Part shown: positions 57,360-64,000 of the stretch, one piece after another
Layout: each line of letters opens with the position of its first letter
Position numbering within the stretch: the first letter of the stretch is position 1
From: Gammaproteobacteria bacterium
Lineage (GTDB): Bacteria > Pseudomonadota > Gammaproteobacteria > Steroidobacterales > XN24
DNA length: 64,000 bases
Assembly: GCA_035514535.1 (NCBI GenBank)
Contig: DATKAZ010000108.1
Location: forward strand, 9,442-73,441
Reading direction: 5' to 3'
The notes under the pieces: generated by a model
The model's database searches: none
Told to the model about the DNA's origin: nothing
The model's input: only the letters and a program-made list of their open reading frames with translations
Position numbers and translations under genes: made by a program

Positions 57360-57677
57360 TCAGGCGTGACGCTGGCGGCTGATGCCGTTGTGGTGGTCGG
57401 TCAGCTTGTCCTTGTGGCGACGCACCTGCCGGTCCAGGCGATCGGTCATGGCGTCGATTGCTGCATACATGTCTTCTTCGTCCGCCGCAGCATGCAACGT
57501 ATCGCCTGCCACCCGCAAGGTCGCCTCGGCCTTGTGATGCAATTTTTCAACCGTGAGAATGCAATGGACGTCAATGAGATTGTCAAAATGCCTGACCACC
57601 TTGTCCATCTTGCTGTAAATGTACTCGCGCAGCGGGTCCGTGATGTCGACGTGGTGGCCGGTCATGTTGATCTGCAT
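57360..57677 (-). CDS. hpf: Ribosome hibernation promoting factor
   Basis: MQINMTGHHVDIT..LR.Y, DMYAAID...DRL.RQ..RHK. Confidence 0.96.
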   Translation of the reverse strand: MQINMTGHHVDITDPLREYIYSKMDKVVRHFDNLIDVHCILTVEKLHHKAEATLRVAGDTLHAAADEEDMYAAIDAMTDRLDRQVRRHKDKLTDHHNGISRQRHA

Positions 57678-57798
57678 TTGGCTACTCCTCGGGAGTGATG
57701 GGACACCCCGTCCGGGGGCCCGACGTTCAACCCTATTCTAGTAGCACGCTTCCGCCGGTGGCTAGGGCGCCAATAGGCGTCCCGAGGGCAGGAAATGG

Positions 57799-59247
57799 TC
57801 AGCGAATGGCCACCCTGCGGCGCTCGGTCGAGGACGGAAAACCCAGGGATTCCCTGTACTTGGCCACGGTGCGGCGGGCCACCTCGATGCCCTCCGCAAC
57901 GAGCTTTCGGGTCAGGGCACTGTCGGACAGTGGTTTCTCCGGATTTTCTTCTGAAATGAGCTTGCGGATGCGCGCCCGGATCGCGGTGGAGGACACGCTT
58001 TCGCCATCGCTGCCGGCGACCTGGCTGGAGAAGAAGTAGCGGAACTCGTATACGCCGCGGGGGGTATGCATGTACTTGCCGGTGGTGGCGCGGGATACCG
58101 TGGACTCGTGCAGTTCCAGGGCTTCCGCGATCTCCCGCAGCACCAGGGGCCGCATGCCTTCCTCGCCGCGCTCAAGAAACGCCTGCTGGTGCGACACGAT
58201 GGCGCGCGCGACGCGGATCAGGGTCTCGTTGCGGATCTCGAGGCTCTTGACCAGCCAGCGCGCCTCCTGCAGCTGGGAGCGCAGGGTGGAGTACTCGCCG
58301 CTGCGGCCGAGACTGCCGGCATAGGCCGTGTTGACCCGCAGGCGCGGGGCGATCGCCGGGTTGATTTCCACCTGCCAGCCGCGCTCGCCGCGGCGCACGA
58401 AGACGTCCGGCACGATGTATTCCGGCGGACGCGTGTCGGCGGCGCTGCCGGGACGCGGATTCAGCGAACGCAACAGTGCCACGGCGTTCTCGAGATCCTC
58501 GGCACCGCACCCGAGGCGGCGCCGGATCGCGCCGTAATCCTGCTCGCCGAGCGCCTCGAGACAGTCGGCCGCGAGGCGCCGTACGAGCTCAAGGCCGGGC
58601 GTGTCCGGCGCGAACGGCGCGAGCTGCAGGAGGAGGCATTCGGACAGGTCCCGCGCGCCGACGCCGAGCGGATCGAAACGCTGCACGCAGGCCAGCACCC
58701 GCTCCACCTCGTCGACGTCCGTCTCGAGTTCCGGCGCGAGGTTGGCGCAGATCTCTTCGAGGGGTTCCGTCAGGTAGCCGTCGTCATCGATGGCGTCGAT
58801 CAGCATCGTCGCAATGAACTTCCGGTCGCCTTCCTGGAATGTCACGTCCAGCTGCCCGAGCAGGTGGTCGCGCAGTGAGTTGCCGCTGACATCGGCATAG
58901 TCGCGCTGGTCCTCGCCGTCCTGGCGGCCCTGGCCGCTGAAACCCGCGCCGTATTCAGACACGTCGGCGTAGGGCAACTCCTCGGGGTAATCGTCCTGCG
59001 AGTCTTGTTTCGCGGGCGCATCGGTGCTGTCGTCGGCACTTACGTCGGACGGGGTGCGCTGCTCGCCTTTCGGCGGCGCCAGCTCGAGCCCGTCATCCAT
59101 CTCGAGCATCAGGTTCTTCTCGAGGGCCTCGCGCAGTTCCGCCTGCAGGTCCAGGACGGGTAGCTGCAGGAGCCGGATTGCCATCTGCAGCTGAGGCGTC
59201 AGCGTCAGCTGTTGACCGAGCTTGAGTTGCAGCGATTGTTTCATCAT
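57799..59247 (-). CDS. rpoN: RNA polymerase sigma-54 factor
   Basis: QLTLTPQLQMAIRLLQL, DDDGYL, HESTVSR, PLSD and the RpoN box ARRTVAKYRE. Confidence 0.98.
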   Translation of the reverse strand: MMKQSLQLKLGQQLTLTPQLQMAIRLLQLPVLDLQAELREALEKNLMLEMDDGLELAPPKGEQRTPSDVSADDSTDAPAKQDSQDDYPEELPYADVSEYGAGFSGQGRQDGEDQRDYADVSGNSLRDHLLGQLDVTFQEGDRKFIATMLIDAIDDDGYLTEPLEEICANLAPELETDVDEVERVLACVQRFDPLGVGARDLSECLLLQLAPFAPDTPGLELVRRLAADCLEALGEQDYGAIRRRLGCGAEDLENAVALLRSLNPRPGSAADTRPPEYIVPDVFVRRGERGWQVEINPAIAPRLRVNTAYAGSLGRSGEYSTLRSQLQEARWLVKSLEIRNETLIRVARAIVSHQQAFLERGEEGMRPLVLREIAEALELHESTVSRATTGKYMHTPRGVYEFRYFFSSQVAGSDGESVSSTAIRARIRKLISEENPEKPLSDSALTRKLVAEGIEVARRTVAKYRESLGFPSSTERRRVAIR

Positions 59248-59257
59248 CGGGCCATCG

Positions 59258-59983
59258 TCACAGGCGGAAGTGCTCGCCCAGGTAGACCTCGCGGACTTTG
59301 CGGTTCGCCAGTATCTCATCTGCGGTGCCCGAGGCGATGACTTCGCCGGCATTCAGGATGAAGGCGCGCCCGCAGATGCCGAGCGTCTCGCGCACGTTAT
59401 GGTCCGTGATCAGCACGCCGATGCCCCGGTCGCGGAGATGGCCGATGATTCGCTGGATATCGAGCACGGAGATCGGATCGACGCCGGCGAACGGCTCGTC
59501 CAGGAGTATGAACGCCGGCTCGGCCGCGAGGGCGCGCGCGATCTCCACGCGGCGGCGCTCACCGCCCGAGAGGCTGAGCCCCTTGCTGTCGCGGATGTGG
59601 CCGATGTTGAGTTCCTCGAGCAGCTCCTCGAGAGCCTGGCGCCGCCCCAGCGAATCGAGGCCCTTGCGCGTCTCCAGTACGGCGAGGATGTTCTGCTCGA
59701 CGCTGAGGCCCCTGAAGACCGAGGCCTCCTGCGGCAGGTAACCGACCCCGAGCCGGGCCCGGCGGTGCATCGGCAGCGACGTCAGCTCCAGCTCGTCGAG
59801 CATGATCCGGCCGCTGTCGCAGGGCACGAGCCCGACAATCATGTAGAAGGCCGTTGTCTTGCCGGCGCCGTTGGGTCCCAGCAGCCCGACGACCTCGCCG
59901 CTGGAGATCGACAGCGACAGGTCGCGCACGACCTGCCGCGAGCGGTAGCTCTTGGCAATGCCTTCGGCGTGCAGCGTCCTCAC
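59258..59983 (-). CDS. lptB: LPS export ABC ATPase LptB
   Basis: [35 protein letters not shown] and TDHNVRETL motifs. Confidence 0.98.
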   Translation of the reverse strand: MRTLHAEGIAKSYRSRQVVRDLSLSISSGEVVGLLGPNGAGKTTAFYMIVGLVPCDSGRIMLDELELTSLPMHRRARLGVGYLPQEASVFRGLSVEQNILAVLETRKGLDSLGRRQALEELLEELNIGHIRDSKGLSLSGGERRRVEIARALAAEPAFILLDEPFAGVDPISVLDIQRIIGHLRDRGIGVLITDHNVRETLGICGRAFILNAGEVIASGTADEILANRKVREVYLGEHFRL

Positions 59984-60672
59984 GGAGCGTCCCCGCCGTT
60001 CTCGTCGTCCTCCGCTGCGTCCGTGGTGCCGGCGTCCTCCGCCGCACTCCTTTCAGGTGGCGTGATGACGATCCGCACGCGCTCGTCCCCGTCGCCATTG
60101 TCCTCGGCGCTCGCGATCAGGCGGTCTTCCGCGATCCGGTACAGCAGCCGCCCGCCGGTGACCTCGCGCACGCCGTCCCGCAGTGCCGCCTGACCCGCGA
60201 GCTCGAGCTCGCCCCGGCCGAGATCGTAGGCGATCCGGCGCGCCGTGCCGGACACCAGGCGCCCTTGCGGGTCCGCCATGGTGCGCGAAAAACGTGCGGG
60301 CGAGCCCTCGGCAATCGCCTGCTGCAGCCGATGGTCCGCGAAGCTGACCGTGGCGCTCTCGGACTCGATCCTGCCCATCGGGCCCGTGATCACGACGTTG
60401 CCGCTGAATGTCCAGCTGCCGCGCGAGAAATCGAGGTCGCGCGACTCCGCCTGGTCGGCCGATACCACGAGGTCGCCCTGCTGGATCCGGATCTCCTGGA
60501 ACACCAGCCGCTCATTGCGCCGATCCAGGTCCGACGACGCCGCATCCAGCGTGATTTCCTGCTGCTGCGCCACGGCCGGCGAGCCGGCCAGGAGCACACC
60601 CGCGGCCGCCAGCACGCAGGCCCCGCGCGCAATGGTGCGTCGGCGGGGAGACTCAGGGGAGGAAGCGGCCAT
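59980..60672 (-). CDS. lptA: LPS transport periplasmic protein LptA (OstA-like repeats)
   Basis: Signal peptide, ITLDA, FSGNVVI, A.GSPARF, I.YD and RVRIVITP; lies between lptC and lptB. Confidence 0.88.
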   Translation of the reverse strand: MAASSPESPRRRTIARGACVLAAAGVLLAGSPAVAQQQEITLDAASSDLDRRNERLVFQEIRIQQGDLVVSADQAESRDLDFSRGSWTFSGNVVITGPMGRIESESATVSFADHRLQQAIAEGSPARFSRTMADPQGRLVSGTARRIAYDLGRGELELAGQAALRDGVREVTGGRLLYRIAEDRLIASAEDNGDGDERVRIVITPPERSAAEDAGTTDAAEDDENGGDAP

Positions 60673-61207
60673 GAACCTTGGATTGTAACCGCACGCGTTC
60701 CTCCAGCAAGTAAGCGATCATGCCCGTGGCGCTCACCTTCTGGGGCCCGAGCGACAGGTCGACGGGTGAGGCCGTGCGTGCCACGTGCAGGGCCGTGTCG
60801 ACCTCCAGGCGCTCCATTTCCGCTGCGGTGCGGCCGTGATCCCCGGATTCCCCGATCACCTCCACGCCGCCCCACAACTCCAGCAGGGCCTGGTCCGCGG
60901 ACACGGCGCCCTCGGGTGCCGTCAGCAGCCAGGGATTGGGGGAGTAGATGTTGTATTCGACCCGCACGCCCAGCAGCCGGGTCGGGCCGCCCAGCTCGTC
61001 CTGGCGGATCTCGTCGGCGATTACGCGGTAGCGTGGCAGGCCGTCGATACCCGCGGTCGTGATCTCCGCTTCCGCCATGTAGAAGCCGTCGGGGTTCGGT
61101 CGATCCTCCACCAGCGGCGAGGTCTCCTCCATGCGCTGGTTGGCCCACCAGCTGGCGGCGGCCAGGCCGGCAAGAGCCAGGAACGCAAGGCGGCCGCCGG
61201 GCGTCAT
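60653..61207 (-). CDS. lptC: LPS export protein LptC
   Basis: Single N-terminal TM, G...YR..A, W.LTA.EG, ATGM and L.SKVHG. Confidence 0.85.
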   Translation of the reverse strand: MTPGGRLAFLALAGLAAASWWANQRMEETSPLVEDRPNPDGFYMAEAEITTAGIDGLPRYRVIADEIRQDELGGPTRLLGVRVEYNIYSPNPWLLTAPEGAVSADQALLELWGGVEVIGESGDHGRTAAEMERLEVDTALHVARTASPVDLSLGPQKVSATGMIAYLLEERVRLQSKVHGRFLP

Positions 61208-61208
61208 C

Positions 61209-61700
61209 TCAGCGGGCCTCGAGCAGCATTTCGCAGAATTCGCGCACCGCGCCGCGGCCACCCGGTTGCGCCGAGACCCACAGGCCGGCGGCACGTACGT
61301 CCGGATGCGCATCGGCGACGGCAGCCGGCAGCCCGACGACGCGCATGGCCGGCAGGTCCGGCGTGTCGTCGCCGAGATAGGCGGCCTGGCCCGGCTCGAG
61401 GCCGGTGTCGCGCAGCAGCGCCGCGAGCGCGCCCGCCTTGTCGTCGCAGCCCTGCACGACGCGCCTGACGCCGAGCTCCGCCATGCGGCGGTCGACCGCG
61501 GGCGACGCCCGGCCGGAAATGATCGCGACCTCGATGCCCGCGGCGAGCAACTGCTTGATGCCCACGCCGTCGCGCACGCTGAATGCCTTGAGCTCGACCC
61601 CGTCGCTGCCCATCCAGATGAGCCCGTCGGTGAACACCCCGTCGACGTCGAATACCGCTAGGCGCACGCCGGCCGCGATGTGCCGCAGGCCGGCCATCAC
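61209..61700 (-). CDS. kdsC: KDO 8-phosphate phosphatase
   Basis: FDVDGVFTDG, DG.GIK, ISGR, YLGDD.PD and GGRGAVRE motifs. Confidence 0.95.
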   Translation of the reverse strand: MMAGLRHIAAGVRLAVFDVDGVFTDGLIWMGSDGVELKAFSVRDGVGIKQLLAAGIEVAIISGRASPAVDRRMAELGVRRVVQGCDDKAGALAALLRDTGLEPGQAAYLGDDTPDLPAMRVVGLPAAVADAHPDVRAAGLWVSAQPGGRGAVREFCEMLLEAR

Positions 61701-62686
61701 ATGACTCCCGCCTGGAGCAGGTCGTGCACGTTGAACGCGCCGACGAGGCGATCGCCGTCATCGACCACGAGGAGCGCCGTGATCGCATGCGTCTCCATCA
61801 GTCGCACCGCCTCGGCCGCCAGGATCCCGCCGCGCACGGTTTTCACGTTGCGGGTCATGACCTCGCCGATGGGCGTGGTCGTGAGTTCGCGGCGCGCGTC
61901 CAGCGTCCGGCGCAGGTCGCCGTCCGTGTAGATGCCCAGCACGCGATCGTCAGCGTCGACCACGGCCGTCATGCCGAGGCCCTTGCGCGAGATCTCGAAC
62001 AGGCCCTCCGAGACCACCAGGTCGGGTGCGACCTTGGGCACGCGGTCGCCCGTGCGCATGACGTCGCGGACATGCAGCAACAGGCGCCGGCCGAGCTGGC
62101 CACCGGGATGCGAGAACGCGAAGTCCTCGCGCGTGAAGCCGCGGGTGTTCAACAGCGCCACGGCCAGGGCGTCGCCCATCGCGAGGGTGGCCGTCGTGCT
62201 GGCGGTCGGGGCGAGGTTGAGCGGGCAGGCCTCCTTGCTCACGCCGACGTCCAGGTGGGCGTCCGCGGCCATGGCGATCGTCGACTCGGGCCGGCCCGTC
62301 ATCGCGATGAGCGGTACGCCGAGCCGCTTGATCAGCGGCAGGATCGTCAGGACCTCGGGCGTCTCGCCGGAGTTTGAAATGGCCAGCACGACGTCCGTGG
62401 GCGTGATCATCCCGAGGTCGCCGTGGCTGGCCTCGCCCGGGTGGACGAAGAACGACGGCGTGCCGGTGCTGGCGAGCGTCGCGGCGATCTTGCCGGCCAC
62501 GTGGCCCGACTTGCCCATCCCCGTGACCACGACGCGGCCCTCGCATTCCAGGCAGAAGCGGCATGCGCTGACGAATGCGGGCCCGATGCGCGCCTGCAGG
62601 GCGAGGATCGCCTCGGCCTCGACCTCCAGCACGTCCCGGCCGAGCCGCCCGATGCTCTCGTCGTCGAGGTCAACTTTTGCGTGCAT
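61697..62686 (-). CDS. kdsD: Arabinose-5-phosphate isomerase (SIS + CBS)
   Basis: TGMGKSGH, HPGEASHGDLG, EACPLNLAPT.ST, HPGG.LG and TDGDLRR motifs. Confidence 0.97.
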   Translation of the reverse strand: MHAKVDLDDESIGRLGRDVLEVEAEAILALQARIGPAFVSACRFCLECEGRVVVTGMGKSGHVAGKIAATLASTGTPSFFVHPGEASHGDLGMITPTDVVLAISNSGETPEVLTILPLIKRLGVPLIAMTGRPESTIAMAADAHLDVGVSKEACPLNLAPTASTTATLAMGDALAVALLNTRGFTREDFAFSHPGGQLGRRLLLHVRDVMRTGDRVPKVAPDLVVSEGLFEISRKGLGMTAVVDADDRVLGIYTDGDLRRTLDARRELTTTPIGEVMTRNVKTVRGGILAAEAVRLMETHAITALLVVDDGDRLVGAFNVHDLLQAGVM

Positions 62687-62691
62687 GTGCC

Positions 62692-63651
62692 TTACCTCGT
62701 CACGAGCCAGCCGTGGTAGCAGAGAAATGCGCCCAGCAGGAAGGCGCCCTCGATCCGCTGGATGCGGCTGTTGCTGCCGAAATTGTAGGTCATCAGGAAC
62801 AGCACAAGCGTCAGGCCGATCATGACAGGCAGATGGGCCGTCAGCAGCTCACGCTCGAAGACGGCCGGGTGGATGATCCCGGCGATGCCGACGACGGCCA
62901 GGCTGTTGAACAGGTTCGACCCGATGATGTTGCCGATCGCCAGGTCGTGTTCGCCCTTGAAGGCACTGACGATCGATACGGCAAGCTCCGGCAGGCTCGT
63001 ACCGATGGCGACCACGGTGAGGCCGATGACCAGCTCCGAGACGCCGAACGCGACGGCCAGGTTCTGGGCGCCCCAGACCAGCAGGTTGGCGCCGCCCAGC
63101 AGCGCCACCAGGCCGACCGCGAGCCATGTCAGGGCCTTGCGCATCGGCAGGTCCGCCGGAATCTCGGTCGCATACTCGAGGGCGATGGGGTCGCTCGCGC
63201 CGGAGCGGCTGCCGAGCACCACCAGCCAGTACAGCAACAGCACCAGGATGCCGACCAGCAGCACGCCTTCCGTGCGGCTGAGCCGCAGGTCGATGAATGC
63301 CATTGTCATGATCAAGGTCACCGCGAGCAGCGCCGGCATCTCGCGGCGCAAGGTCACGGAACGCACGGAGATGGGCATGATCAGCGCCGTCATCCCCAGC
63401 ACGAGACCGATATTGGCGATGTTCGAGCCGATCGCGTTACCGGCCGCCAGGGCCGTGTCGCCGGCGAGCGAAGCCGTCACGGAAACGAAGATCTCCGGCC
63501 CGCTGGTGGCCATCCCCACCAGCGTCAGGCCGATGAGCAGCGGCGGCACGCCGAGGTTGCGCGCCGTGCCCGCGGCGCCCACGACGAAGCGATCCGCGCC
63601 CCAGGTGAGCAGGATGAAGCCGGCGAGCGTGGCAACGGCATAGCTCAGCAT
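62692..63651 (-). CDS. yrbG: Calcium/sodium antiporter (YrbG family)
   Basis: Two alpha repeats: GLTLV..ATSGPE...GNAIGSNIAN and GLTVVAIGTSLPE...GNIIGSNLFN. Confidence 0.92.
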   Translation of the reverse strand: MLSYAVATLAGFILLTWGADRFVVGAAGTARNLGVPPLLIGLTLVGMATSGPEIFVSVTASLAGDTALAAGNAIGSNIANIGLVLGMTALIMPISVRSVTLRREMPALLAVTLIMTMAFIDLRLSRTEGVLLVGILVLLLYWLVVLGSRSGASDPIALEYATEIPADLPMRKALTWLAVGLVALLGGANLLVWGAQNLAVAFGVSELVIGLTVVAIGTSLPELAVSIVSAFKGEHDLAIGNIIGSNLFNSLAVVGIAGIIHPAVFERELLTAHLPVMIGLTLVLFLMTYNFGSNSRIQRIEGAFLLGAFLCYHGWLVTR

Positions 63652-63829
63652 CGTGGCGTGACCCGGTCCCCTGGTGTGGTCGGAGCGTCGGCCGCACATC
63701 ATACACGGGGGCGCGGCGCCCCCGGACCCCGCGCAAGCCGCAGCCCGGGCGAATGTCGCGCGGCATCGCCATCCGGTAAACTGCCGGTCCAGCCGGCCGG
63801 GACCCGCGCCGGCGCAACCCGGAATCCAG

Positions 63830-64000
63830 ATGAACAGTGAACAAGTTGCGGCCCTGATCCGCGCGGGCATGCCCGCGGCCCGGGTCGAGGTGCAGTCCGA
63901 AGATGACACGCATTTCGCCACGCTGGTCGTCGCGGATGCGTTCGAGGGGCTGCGCCCCCTGCAGCGCCACCAGCTGGTCTACCGCGCCCTCGGCGACAAG
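63830..64000 (+). CDS. BolA/IbaG family protein, 5' part (runs off the window edge)
   Basis: My own translation: MNSEQVAALIRAGMPAARVEVQSEDDTHFATLVVADAFEGLRPLQRHQLVYRALGDK. Confidence 0.88.
   Translation, partial: MNSEQVAALIRAGMPAARVEVQSEDDTHFATLVVADAFEGLRPLQRHQLVYRALGDK

Noticed and set aside
57678-57798. Sigma54 promoter upstream of hpf
   Set aside because: TTGGCG is present on the minus strand but there is no correctly spaced TTGC. Only an ambiguous TAGAAT -10-like box is seen.

Overview
Core-chromosome segment of a high-GC (about 70% by eye) Gammaproteobacterium, with no prophage, IS transposase, CRISPR, rRNA or tRNA visible. Gene order: tamB(partial)-tamA, purD-purH-fis-dusB, zinc-ribbon/DUF3426, prmA, accC-accB-aroQ, tlpA-dsbD-cutA, CIRCE-groES-groEL, glnE, zf-CHCC, kdkA, lpxL, waaA, tolC-rhodanese-pcm, thiC, PAS-GGDEF-EAL, H+-PPase, PPi-type PFK, adk, rnd, mpl-ubiX operon, hemL-thiE-thiD, rubredoxin, TraB/GumN, class II aldolase, cpdA, O-methyltransferase, ahcY-metK, tkt-gap-pgk-pyk, sulP, peroxiredoxin, rapZ-ptsN-hpf-rpoN-lptBAC-kdsCD-yrbG and bolA(partial). 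The most unusual signals are non-coding. (i) A GGGGACACTGC-based palindromic repeat family occurs at four convergent gene junctions. (ii) At one junction it forms 54-bp terminal inverted repeats around a ~410-bp nested palindrome that can fold in two mutually exclusive ways. (iii) The structured thiC leader has no recognisable TPP riboswitch. (iv) A CIRCE operator precedes groES, and an orphan operator-like palindrome precedes tolC. In addition, the TraB/GumN ORF runs antisense through the whole rubredoxin gene. All calls come from motif recognition by eye; no database searches were run.
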